From contig CAYYDR010000002.1 in the NCBI GenBank assembly GCA_964470695.1, positions 266,401 through 313,167 of the forward strand: a DNA stretch of 46,767 nt, in the 5' to 3' direction. The first letter of the stretch is position 1. Each line of letters opens with the position of its first letter. The position numbers were made by a program, and so were the translations under genes. The DNA comes from an uncultured Gammaproteobacteria bacterium (GTDB lineage: Bacteria; Patescibacteriota; Patescibacteriia; Patescibacteriales; UBA12465). Shown here in pieces: positions 26,062 through 34,445 of the stretch. The notes below the pieces were generated by a model, which saw nothing but the letters and a program-made list of their open reading frames with translations, was not told the DNA's origin and did no database searches.

Positions 26062-27222
26062 ATGTTGTTAACCATAATAATTTTTGTGCTTGTTTTGTCG
26101 GTTTTGGTCTTTGTCCATGAGTTTGGACATTTTTATACCGCCCGCCGTTTCGGTGTTAAGGCGGAAGAATTTGGCTTCGGCTTCCCGCCTCGGGCTATTG
26201 GCTGGTTTAAGAGTCGGTCGGGGCGCTGGCGCCAAGTCTTGGGTAATACTAGTATTGAGAGTTTGGAAAATGATCCTAATGAATCTCTCCGCCCAGCGCA
26301 CCAGGCGACGATTTATTCTTTAAATTGGCTGCCCATTGGCGGCTTCGTAAAGATTAAAGGGGAGAATGGCGACGGAATTGATGAGAAGGATAGTTTTGCG
26401 GCTCAAGCGATTTGGCGCCGCGTTATTATTTTAGCGGCCGGAGTAATCATGAATATAGTTTTAGCCTGGTTTCTACTGTCAGTCGGCTATATTTTTGGCA
26501 TGCCTCAATCAACTAGCGATGTCGGTCCCCAAGCGCGTGTTAGCGGGCAAGCAGTGACAATCATGCAGGTTATGCCTGGTTCCGCCGCCGAGAAGGCTGG
26601 CTTTAAAGAAGGGGATGCTATTTTGCGTATTGATAGTACGGCGGTCGGGACAGAAAAATCTTTGCAGGATGCGGTAGCGGCTGGAGCGGGCAGAGAAATA
26701 GAGGTTATATTTAAGCGCGCCGGCGGGGAGCAAAGTGTTAAAGTGGCGCCCGTCTCTAAAGACGGCGGACGAGCCACTATCGGCGTAGTAATAGCCTCTT
26801 CCGGTTTAGTTAGTTATCCTGTTCATATAGCCGCCTGGGAAGGAGCAAAAACCACCGGTTGGATATTGAAAGAGATTTTTAGAGCCTTCTATGATTTATT
26901 TGTCTCTGTCTTTAGAGGGAACGATGTTAGCGGACAGTTTGCCGGTCCGGTTGGGATTGCTAATATTACCGGCCAGGCAGCGCGTCTAGGTTTTACTCAT
27001 CTCCTGCAATTTACCGCACTTCTATCACTTAATTTAGCGGTTTTAAATATTTTACCATTTCCAGCGCTTGATGGCGGCCGAATTTTATTCCTTATTATTG
27101 AAAAAGTTAAGGGCAGGCCGGTTCGTAAAGAAGTTGAGGGCCTTATCCATAATATCGGTTTTTTGCTATTAATTGTTTTGGTTGTGTTTATAACCTATAA
27201 AGATATTATTAAATTTTTTTAA
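26062..27222 (+). CDS. rseP: RIP metalloprotease RseP (M50 site-2 protease) with one PDZ domain
   Basis: HEFGHF (HExxH) in TM1. PDZ-like PGSAAEKAGFKEGDAILRID. NLAVLNILPFPALDGG (NxxPxxxLDG). Confidence 0.9.
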   Translation: MLLTIIIFVLVLSVLVFVHEFGHFYTARRFGVKAEEFGFGFPPRAIGWFKSRSGRWRQVLGNTSIESLENDPNESLRPAHQATIYSLNWLPIGGFVKIKGENGDGIDEKDSFAAQAIWRRVIILAAGVIMNIVLAWFLLSVGYIFGMPQSTSDVGPQARVSGQAVTIMQVMPGSAAEKAGFKEGDAILRIDSTAVGTEKSLQDAVAAGAGREIEVIFKRAGGEQSVKVAPVSKDGGRATIGVVIASSGLVSYPVHIAAWEGAKTTGWILKEIFRAFYDLFVSVFRGNDVSGQFAGPVGIANITGQAARLGFTHLLQFTALLSLNLAVLNILPFPALDGGRILFLIIEKVKGRPVRKEVEGLIHNIGFLLLIVLVVFITYKDIIKFF

Positions 27223-27231
27223 CAAAATATT

Positions 27232-27555
27232 ATGCGACTTAACATTAAATCCACTAAGTTAGAAATGACCGCGGCTATTAAGCAGTATATTGAAACTAAG
27301 ATGGCGACCGTTGAAAAATATTTGGGCGATATTAAAGCGACTAATTGCGATGTGCAAGTTGAAAAGGCAGTCGGCGGCCAGCATAAGGGGGAAATATTCA
27401 GAGCGGAAGTAAATTTGCAGGTGCCGCGCCAGATGTTGCGGGTAGAAAAGACGGAAAAAGATTTGTATAAGGCGATTGATAAAGTTAAGGATCATTTAGA
27501 GCTCATCATTAAGAAATATAAGGAGAAAATAATTGACAAGAAAAGAGGAAAATAA
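27232..27555 (+). CDS. hpf: ribosome hibernation promoting factor (short HPF/RaiA)
   Basis: 107 aa. IKQYIETKM..KYL, FRAEVNL.VP and LYKAIDKV.DHLE..IKKYKEK are typical sigma-54 modulation/S30EA family blocks. Confidence 0.85.
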   Translation: MRLNIKSTKLEMTAAIKQYIETKMATVEKYLGDIKATNCDVQVEKAVGGQHKGEIFRAEVNLQVPRQMLRVEKTEKDLYKAIDKVKDHLELIIKKYKEKIIDKKRGK

Positions 27556-27560
27556 TAAAA

Positions 27561-27586
27561 ATCCGGCGCCTCGCCGGATTTTTTAT
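27561..27586 (+). terminator. intrinsic terminator after hpf
   Basis: ATCCGGCG-cct-CGCCGGAT followed by TTTTTT. Confidence 0.85.
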
Positions 27587-27614
27587 TGACAAGCGATTTA
27601 GCAGATTATATAGT
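27586..27614 (+). promoter_or_regulatory. canonical sigma-70-type promoter TTGACA-N17-TATAGT
   Basis: TTGACA at 27586..27591 and TATAGT at 27609..27614. It immediately follows the hpf terminator and precedes the orphan ORF 27666. Confidence 0.6.
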
Positions 27615-27665
27615 ATTTAGGCATCCGTTAAAATCACGGAAGAACTTTCATAAAATGAGGGAATC

Positions 27666-28157
27666 ATGGTAAAAGAGTCGGATATTTTAGAGCCAATCGG
27701 CCGAATTATTATTCCTGGGTCAGAGGAAAGATTTATTGTCCAGGATAAATTTGTGGTTGACAGGACTGGTGAGGCGCAAGTGTCTATCCATACGATAGGC
27801 CAAAATTTTGAGAAATGGTTTTTAAAGAGCATTGAGCTGCCCACTAGTGAAATTACGGTTGAGTATCTTTTATTCTTATCTAAATTTGATGACAGAAAGA
27901 TTTTAGATTTGGCTAAAGGAAATATTACCGTTACCGTCGGTCATATTTATCGTTTGTTAGAACAACAAGGTAGAGGCCAAGCCGGTTGCCTCGCTGTTAA
28001 TGGTCAGACTAATATTTTTTATGCCCTTGATAAAGAGGGTTTAAAAAGAGCTATTCGCGTCCGCTGGTATGCGGGCTGGATAGTAGTCGCCAACGAAGTG
28101 GATGGTATGACCGTCCACAATGTTAAGAGTCAGCTGTTTCGTCGTCTGGCCGCTTAA
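27666..28157 (+). CDS. hypothetical protein (monocistronic orphan)
   Basis: 163-aa ORF with its own TTGACA-N17-TATAGT promoter, a GAGGG SD-like element and a strong downstream terminator. No motif recognised. Confidence 0.6.
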   Translation: MVKESDILEPIGRIIIPGSEERFIVQDKFVVDRTGEAQVSIHTIGQNFEKWFLKSIELPTSEITVEYLLFLSKFDDRKILDLAKGNITVTVGHIYRLLEQQGRGQAGCLAVNGQTNIFYALDKEGLKRAIRVRWYAGWIVVANEVDGMTVHNVKSQLFRRLAA

Positions 28158-28167
28158 TTAAGCTTTG

Positions 28168-28230
28168 CCCCCTAGATCTTATTATAATCACATCAGTGAC
28201 AATAATAAGATTCTAAGGGGTTTTTATTTT
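28168..28230 (+). terminator. long-stem intrinsic terminator after orphan ORF
   Basis: CCCCCTAGATCTTATTAT pairs with ATAATAAGATTCTAAGGGG (about 17 bp with two bulges) around a 15-nt loop, followed by TTTTTATTTTTT. Confidence 0.7.
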
Positions 28231-28254
28231 TTAAAGCCATTTTTTATTATTTAA

Positions 28255-28290
28255 GTCAATATTTATTTAATCAAGAATACGTATTATACT
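28255..28290 (+). promoter_or_regulatory. candidate secA promoter: GTCAATATTTATTT motif + TATACT 30 nt downstream
   Basis: The same 14-mer and the same 30-nt offset to a -10 hexamer recur at 40401..40436. Confidence 0.4.
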
Positions 28291-28390
28291 AAAGTAAAGA
28301 CTGAAAGCGATTTTAGTTTATTTGTTTTTATATAAAATTAGCTAAAATACTACATACATAAGCCCCTGGGCCTTTATAGATAATATTAAT

Positions 28391-31117
28391 ATGAATATCT
28401 TTAATTTATTCGGAGACGCTAATGAAAAAATAATTAAAGCAATGCAGCCAACTATTGCTAAGATTGCTAGTTTAGAACCGGAATTACAAAAATTATCAGA
28501 GACAGAATTAAAGGCTAAAACAGCTTTTTTTAAAGATCGCCTGGCTAAAGGAGAAACTTTAGATGATTTACTTCCCGAAGCCTATGCCGTTATGCGGGAA
28601 GCGGCCCGTCGTATTCTCGGCCAGCGTCATTTTGATGTCCAGCTTATCGGCGGCATGGTTTTACATCGCGGCCAAATTGCGGAAATGAAAACGGGTGAGG
28701 GTAAGACTTTAGTAGCAACCCTGCCTTTGTATCTTAATGCCTTATCCGGTCAAGGCGTCCATTTGATTACGGTTAATGACTATTTATCTCGTTTAGGGGC
28801 CGGTTGGATGGCGCCAGTTTATCATGCCCTAGGTTTGACCACTGGTGTTATTGTCCATGAAAGCGCCTATACTTATGATCCTGATTATATAGATGATAGC
28901 CAGTATGATGAACGCTTGCAGCATTTCCGTCGTATTCCGCGCCGCGAGGCTTATGATTGCGATATTACTTACGGAACCAATAATGAGTTCGGCTTTGATT
29001 ACTTGCGCGATAATATGGTTTTTTCTCTGGATCAGGCTGTCCAGCGTCCGCTTAACTACGCCATTGTTGACGAAATTGACTCCATTTTAATTGACGAAGC
29101 GAGAACGCCGCTTATTATTAGCGCTTCAGCTGAAGAATCAACTGATAAATATTTTAGATTTTCGCAAATTGTTTCGGGACTGACTGAAAACGACGACTAT
29201 AACGTTGACGAAAAGATGCGGGCCGCGACTTTAACCGAAGGGGGAATTAGTAAAGTGGAAAAAATCTTAGGTTTAGGAAATATTTATGTAGAAGGCGGGA
29301 TAAAGGAAGTCCACCATTTGGAACAGGCCCTTAAGGCGCGTGTTTTATTTAAGCGTGACAAAGATTATGTGGTTAAGGATGGCGAAATAATTATTGTTGA
29401 CGAATTTACGGGGCGTTTAATGCCTGGCCGTCGTTATAGTGAAGGCTTGCATCAGGCGATTGAAGCTAAAGAAGGCGTGAAGGTCCAGAAGGAGTCTCGT
29501 ACTATGGCGACCATTACTTTCCAGAATCTTTTCCGACTGTACAAAAAATTATCCGGTATGACTGGTACAGCGGCGACTGAAGCGGAAGAATTCCATAAGA
29601 TTTATAATCTGGACACAATTGTTATCCCGACTAATAAGCCTAATATCCGCCAGGATCAGAATGATTTAATTTATCGGACCGAAATGGATAAATTCCAGGC
29701 GGTTATTCGCGATATTAAAGAACGGAGCCAGAAGGGTCAACCGGTCTTAGTTGGTACTATTTCTATTGAAAAAAATGAAGTACTGGCTGAACTCATGGAA
29801 CGCGAGGGTCTTAGGCCGCAAATGTTAAATGCTAAGAACCATCAGAAAGAGGCGGAAATTATTGCTCAGGCCGGCCGGCCGGGAGCAATTACCTTGGCGA
29901 CTAACATGGCCGGGCGCGGCGTTGATATTATTTTAGGCGGCAATCCGCCACTAGCCGAAGAACAAGAAAAAGTTCGTTCGGTCGGCGGTTTGCATGTCAT
30001 CGGAACCGAGCGCCATGAGTCGCGCCGTATTGATAACCAGTTGCGTGGCCGCGCGGGACGCCAAGGAGATCCTGGCTCATCCCAGTTTTATGTTTCTACT
30101 GATGATGACTTAATGCGTATTTTTGGCGGCGATAGGATGAAGAATTTAATGGCGACTTTGAATGTCCCGGCCGATATGCCGATTGAAAATAAGATGATTT
30201 CTAAGTCTATTGAAAGCGCCCAGAAAAAAGTAGAGGGTAATAATTTTGATATCCGCAAACATTTAGTGGAGTATGATGATGTTATTAATAAACATCGGAC
30301 GGCGATCTATAAATTACGCCGCGAAATATTAGAGACGGCGGAAAATGTTATTCAACTGGGAGCCAGTGAGGAAAATAAACGCCGCGCTCTTAGTGAAATA
30401 ATTTTAGACATGATAGCTGGGGAAATAAATACGGTGGTTAATTTCCATACCGCCAGCGATAATATTGATGATTGGAGTATTAAAGAAATTAGCGAAACCA
30501 TGCGGACGATTTGGTCGGGGGGCGACGCAACCTTAACTCGTTTGGGAGAAATAGTGAAGTCTGACGAGGCGAAGGATAAAAAACGCGAGGAAATAAGCGG
30601 TTATTTAGTCGCTGAGGCCACCAGTAAATATAAAGTTCTGGCCGACAATTTTTCAGCGATTGGTTTAGAATTTAAGGAAGTAGAAAGAGGAATTTTAATC
30701 CGCTCTATTGATGAGATGTGGGTGGAACATTTAGAAACGGTTGATTATCTCAGGCGTGGCATCGGTCTGCGTGGCTATGGCCAGCGTGATCCACTCGTAG
30801 AATACAAGAAGGAGGCCTATCATCTTTACCAAGAGCTCAATACTTTGATTAATAAGCAGGTAGTTTATTCCATTTTTAAAACTGGCGACGCTTTAGCTTC
30901 GTCTCAGGCGCCGGCCTTAAAGGCTTTTGGTGAATCTCCGGAGCAGAAATTAGAATTTTCCGGAGCGGCTAAAGAGATGCATAAAGAAGCGGCCGGGCGC
31001 AATACGGTTGATTTAGTTCATGAAAAAGAGAAGGGGGAAGACGGCGAAAAGATCGGCCGCAATGATCCCTGTCCCTGCGGGAGCGGAAAGAAATATAAGC
31101 GCTGTCACGGCGCGTGA
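28391..31117 (+). CDS. secA: preprotein translocase ATPase SecA
   Basis: MKTGEGKTLVATLP (Walker A), DEIDSILIDEARTPLIIS (DEAD-like), TNMAGRGVDI and a C-terminal SEC-C zinc motif CPCGSGKKYKRCHG. Confidence 0.97.
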   Translation: MNIFNLFGDANEKIIKAMQPTIAKIASLEPELQKLSETELKAKTAFFKDRLAKGETLDDLLPEAYAVMREAARRILGQRHFDVQLIGGMVLHRGQIAEMKTGEGKTLVATLPLYLNALSGQGVHLITVNDYLSRLGAGWMAPVYHALGLTTGVIVHESAYTYDPDYIDDSQYDERLQHFRRIPRREAYDCDITYGTNNEFGFDYLRDNMVFSLDQAVQRPLNYAIVDEIDSILIDEARTPLIISASAEESTDKYFRFSQIVSGLTENDDYNVDEKMRAATLTEGGISKVEKILGLGNIYVEGGIKEVHHLEQALKARVLFKRDKDYVVKDGEIIIVDEFTGRLMPGRRYSEGLHQAIEAKEGVKVQKESRTMATITFQNLFRLYKKLSGMTGTAATEAEEFHKIYNLDTIVIPTNKPNIRQDQNDLIYRTEMDKFQAVIRDIKERSQKGQPVLVGTISIEKNEVLAELMEREGLRPQMLNAKNHQKEAEIIAQAGRPGAITLATNMAGRGVDIILGGNPPLAEEQEKVRSVGGLHVIGTERHESRRIDNQLRGRAGRQGDPGSSQFYVSTDDDLMRIFGGDRMKNLMATLNVPADMPIENKMISKSIESAQKKVEGNNFDIRKHLVEYDDVINKHRTAIYKLRREILETAENVIQLGASEENKRRALSEIILDMIAGEINTVVNFHTASDNIDDWSIKEISETMRTIWSGGDATLTRLGEIVKSDEAKDKKREEISGYLVAEATSKYKVLADNFSAIGLEFKEVERGILIRSIDEMWVEHLETVDYLRRGIGLRGYGQRDPLVEYKKEAYHLYQELNTLINKQVVYSIFKTGDALASSQAPALKAFGESPEQKLEFSGAAKEMHKEAAGRNTVDLVHEKEKGEDGEKIGRNDPCPCGSGKKYKRCHGA

Positions 31118-31151
31118 AATTGCGTCGCTCGCCTCAGATGCAAGCTCCGCT

Positions 31152-31199
31152 TGCGCCTGTAGGCTCGCTAGCAATTATAAGAAATGTCATGGAAAATAA
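31152..31199 (+). other. vestigial out-of-frame second SEC-C motif
   Basis: Codons from 31152 read CACRLASNYKKCHGK*. The Cys/His spacing is identical to the genuine CPCGSGKKYKRCHGA* 82 nt upstream, with codon-by-codon DNA similarity. It is in a different frame from secA. Confidence 0.6.
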
Positions 31200-31623
31200 T
31201 ATAGAAAAAAGACAAATATCGGTCGCTATCGCTTTTATTAGAGATGATAAAGGAAATATTTTATTGCAGAGAAGAGTTGACTCGTTAATTCCGGAAGCCG
31301 ATCAAAAATGGGAACTTCCAGGTGGTCGGATAGAGTATGGCGAAGATCCTAAGGATGCGGTTACTAGAGAATGTTTAGAAGAAATAGGGTGTAAAATAGA
31401 GTTAGTCCGTTTGTTGCCATCAGTACAATCGTCTGTCTGGAAAAGAACGGACGGGAAAGAACAGCACGTTGTCGTGATTTGTTATGAAGCGAAGATAGTA
31501 GAGGGGAACCCAGTCCCTTCTGATCCTAAAGTTTCGGAGATTAGATATTTTTCTGAAGATGAGATTGGTCAGCTTGATTTATTAAGGGGTGTTAATGAAT
31601 ATATAAATTTAGCTAAAGAATAA
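31189..31623 (+). CDS. NUDIX hydrolase
   Basis: GGRIEYGEDPKDAVTRECLEEIGC is a Nudix box. ATG 31189 (MENNIEKRQ) is preferred over the track's GTG 31114, whose extension covers a GC-rich non-protein-like spacer. Confidence 0.8.
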   Translation: MENNIEKRQISVAIAFIRDDKGNILLQRRVDSLIPEADQKWELPGGRIEYGEDPKDAVTRECLEEIGCKIELVRLLPSVQSSVWKRTDGKEQHVVVICYEAKIVEGNPVPSDPKVSEIRYFSEDEIGQLDLLRGVNEYINLAKE

Positions 31624-31669
31624 TTTATATTAAAAGATATTTATAAATCACTAAAGATAGGGCAAAGGT

Positions 31670-32599
31670 ATGATTAATAATTTATTCATTTTTGTAGTCG
31701 CGATTGCCCTAGTCATCAAGGGCGCTACTTTAGCGACTAAGTACGCCGCCCGTTTGGCGGAAAGTTTTCATTTATCAAAATATACCGTTGGTTTCATAAT
31801 AGTAGCGATTATTTCTATTTTGCCGGAGGCCTTTATTTCTATTAGTGCCTCTCTTGAAGGATCACCGGCCTTTGGATTGGGAACCTTATTCGGATCCAAT
31901 GTCGCTGATATGACTCTAGTTTTTGCGATTGTGATAATGTTCGCTGGCCGGAACCTGAAAGTAGAAAGCAAAATATTGAAGAACCATACAGTTTACCCCT
32001 TCATGCTTATTTTGCCCTTGATCCTTGGTTTTAATGGGCATTTTTCCCGGCTGGAAGGCTTAGCCTTGATTTTAACTGGCAGCTTATTTTATTATATTTC
32101 TTTAAGGAACGGGATTGACAGCCAGAATGCTTCTTCTAGCCGAGACGGACGCCTTAAAAATTTTTTAATATTACTGCTGAGCATGTTGATGCTGCTCCTG
32201 GGTTCTCATTTCACAGTTTCTTCCGCCACTGATTTAGCTAACTATTTTGGCGTTAGCCCTATTTTAATCGGCATGCTTATCGTTGGGCTAGGCACGACTA
32301 TACCGGAATTATTGTTTGCTTTAAAGTCAGCTAAGAAACGGGACGATTCTTTGGCGGTTGGTGATATTTTAGGAACTGTCCTGGCTGACGCGACCGTTTT
32401 AGTCGGTGTTTTAGCCTTAATTAATCCTTTTTATTTTCCGACTAAAATAATTTATGTAACGGGCATGTTTATGGTTGTCGCTTCTTTTATTTTATTTAAT
32501 TTCATGAAATCCGGACGGTCTATTTCTAAAAAGGAAGCTTGGCTGTTGTTTGCCTTCTGGTTAGTTTTTGTGGCCGTAGAGTTTGCGATTAATCGTTAA
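31670..32599 (+). CDS. Ca2+/cation antiporter (CaCA, YrbG/NCX-like)
   Basis: About 10 TM helices with two alpha-repeats, GTLFGSNVADMTLVFAI and GDILGTVLADATVLVG. Confidence 0.75.
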   Translation: MINNLFIFVVAIALVIKGATLATKYAARLAESFHLSKYTVGFIIVAIISILPEAFISISASLEGSPAFGLGTLFGSNVADMTLVFAIVIMFAGRNLKVESKILKNHTVYPFMLILPLILGFNGHFSRLEGLALILTGSLFYYISLRNGIDSQNASSSRDGRLKNFLILLLSMLMLLLGSHFTVSSATDLANYFGVSPILIGMLIVGLGTTIPELLFALKSAKKRDDSLAVGDILGTVLADATVLVGVLALINPFYFPTKIIYVTGMFMVVASFILFNFMKSGRSISKKEAWLLFAFWLVFVAVEFAINR

Positions 32600-32603
32600 T
32601 TAA

Positions 32604-33545
32604 ATGAAAATTACTCGGAGAGACATACAATCTATTCTGAATAATTACCCCTTAGGTCAGCTGAAAAATTATAGTTTGCCCAAGCAGGGGCTTTTAAATA
32701 AGGTTGTTCTTATAAAAACCACTAAAGGAACCTATATTCTAAAAGCCACCGCAATTAATACTGATACTTTAGATGAAGTTTTGAGTCTGTTGCATTCTAT
32801 TAAAATGAAGCAGACCCCCACCTTGGTCGCTACAAACCAAAAAAAGCTAAGTTTGGAATATAAAAATTATAGAGTTTTCATTTACGCTTTAATCCCTGGG
32901 CGTGTGCCGAAGAAGGTTATGGCCGGGATGCCGGCGGAAATTGGGAAGTTTTTAGGCAGATATCATCTTAGAATAAAGAATTTTAGAGTATCCACTAAAC
33001 GAGAAAAAATTTTGGATAAATCCCCGGTGTCAATAAAGAGGGCTATAATTTTAGCGCAACTAGTAAAGACAAATAAGGGTAAATCGGCTCTGGCGCACAT
33101 TAAAAAGACGATTAATCGCTACAAGCTAATTAGCTCATTACCAGTCGGCCCCATCCATGTTGATATTAAGCCGGATAATTCTTTGTTTATCGGCCGTAAG
33201 CTCCGGGGAGTTATTGATTTTGATAATGTTTATCAAGGGCCATTAATTTTAGATTTAGCAGTAGCCATGTCTTGGTATGGTGTTTCTATGGCCCAGATTA
33301 ATATGAGCCATATTAAGGAATTGTATGGTGCCTATGTTAAAAAGCGCTCGCTTAACAATTTGGAAAAAAGATTTCTATGGAACGCTTTTCATTTTGCGAT
33401 TTTACGGAATGCTCTGCGAGCTTTAGAATTTTTAGCTCAAGGCAGATTGCCGCAAAAATGGGTACATGATTATCTTGATTGTTACCTGGCAGCGGAGCAG
33501 AAGTTTTCTTTAAATGAAAAAGAATTTATAAAATATCTAGTTTAA
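32604..33545 (+). CDS. APH/choline-kinase-like phosphotransferase
   Basis: YILKAT (Lys region), catalytic loop IHVDIKPDNSLF (HxDxKPxN) and VIDFDN (DFG-like). Confidence 0.65.
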   Translation: MKITRRDIQSILNNYPLGQLKNYSLPKQGLLNKVVLIKTTKGTYILKATAINTDTLDEVLSLLHSIKMKQTPTLVATNQKKLSLEYKNYRVFIYALIPGRVPKKVMAGMPAEIGKFLGRYHLRIKNFRVSTKREKILDKSPVSIKRAIILAQLVKTNKGKSALAHIKKTINRYKLISSLPVGPIHVDIKPDNSLFIGRKLRGVIDFDNVYQGPLILDLAVAMSWYGVSMAQINMSHIKELYGAYVKKRSLNNLEKRFLWNAFHFAILRNALRALEFLAQGRLPQKWVHDYLDCYLAAEQKFSLNEKEFIKYLV

Positions 33546-33549
33546 TAAT

Positions 33550-34017
33550 ATGTCTGAGCCAAATATAGAGCTTCGTCCTCGTGGCGGAGTGGGGGTATAT
33601 ATAGTTAACAGTAATAATGAAGTTTTGCTTACTTTAAGAAGTTCTGCTCATGCGACCGGTACCTGGTGTCCGCCCGGAGGGCATATTGAGTATGGAGAAA
33701 GTTTTTTACAGACTGCCGCTAGAGAAACTAAGGAGGAAGTCAACATGGATATAAATAGTATAGAAGTAGCTGGGGTAACCGGCGATGTTTATCCCTCCGA
33801 ATTAAAGCATTATGTAACTGTTCATGTAAAAGCCGGGCAATATAGCGGGGAAGCAAAAATCATGGAGCCTCATAAATGTGCTGAGATAAAGTGGTTTTCG
33901 TTAGATTCTTTGCCTGATAAACTTTTTCCTGCTACAAAAAGTTTTTTAGACAGTAACCCTTTATGTTTGTGTGGTAGCGGTAAAAAATACCGTGAATGCC
34001 ACGGCAAAAATTTATGA
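33550..34017 (+). CDS. NUDIX hydrolase with C-terminal SEC-C metal-binding motif
   Basis: Nudix box GGHIEYGESFLQTAARETKEEVNM. The C-terminus CLCGSGKKYRECHG (33964..34005) has the same pattern as the SecA tail. Confidence 0.8.
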   Translation: MSEPNIELRPRGGVGVYIVNSNNEVLLTLRSSAHATGTWCPPGGHIEYGESFLQTAARETKEEVNMDINSIEVAGVTGDVYPSELKHYVTVHVKAGQYSGEAKIMEPHKCAEIKWFSLDSLPDKLFPATKSFLDSNPLCLCGSGKKYRECHGKNL

Positions 34018-34445
34018 GTTGCCAATTTTGTAACAATTCCGACGTACAATCTCGGTTGATCTATCAAGATGATTTGATTATAGTTTTTCCTACTAATATT
34101 CCGATTACTCCGGGCCATACTATAATCTGTCCCGTTAGGCATATCTCGAAAATTGATGAATTGTCTGATCAGGAGCTATTAGCCATTAAGAGTTTTTTGG
34201 TTAAATTAAAAAATGGGCTTAAAAAAAGTTTGGGAGCTGAAGGATTTAATATTGCTTGGAATGAGGGCGAGGCGGCCGGTCAGGCAGTAGATCATTTGCA
34301 TCTTCATGTAGTGCCAAGGCATGCCGGTGATCAGGGTATATATAATTATGAGCCGCGTGAGTTCCTTTATCGCCCAGGCTCCAGAGAAATTTCTCCAGAC
34401 CAAGAGTTGCAAGATATAGCTAGGTTAATCAAAACTAATATATGA
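34014..34445 (+). CDS. HIT family nucleotide hydrolase/transferase
   Basis: N-terminal CQFC and the histidine triad HLHLHVVP. ATG 34014 overlaps the upstream stop (ATGA), so it is preferred over the track start 33996. Confidence 0.85.
   Translation: MSCQFCNNSDVQSRLIYQDDLIIVFPTNIPITPGHTIICPVRHISKIDELSDQELLAIKSFLVKLKNGLKKSLGAEGFNIAWNEGEAAGQAVDHLHLHVVPRHAGDQGIYNYEPREFLYRPGSREISPDQELQDIARLIKTNI

Noticed and set aside
28158-28390. The longest intergenic region (233 bp), and the 130-150 bp spacers at 20498..20653, 40331..40460 and 41733..41860, as hiding places for tRNA or small RNA genes.
   Set aside because: There is no GTTCRANYC T-loop box, cloverleaf-compatible stems or GC-rich structured core. 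The sequences are AT-rich promoter/leader DNA plus the hairpins reported separately.
31115-31117. Possible UGA-to-Gly recoding (code 25), as in some candidate phyla.
   Set aside because: secA stops at TGA immediately after its complete C-terminal CPCGSGKKYKRCHG motif. Read-through would add only GNCVARLRCKLRLRL before TAG. The Nudix gene at 33550 also ends sensibly at TGA. Standard code 11 fits.
31062-31199. 45-aa ORF (MIPVPAGAERNISAVTAREIASLASDASSACACRLASNYKKCHGK) overlapping the secA 3' end as a real small gene.
   Set aside because: Most of it is the out-of-frame reading of secA codons. Only the last 16 codons look meaningful, and they are better explained as a relic SEC-C duplication.
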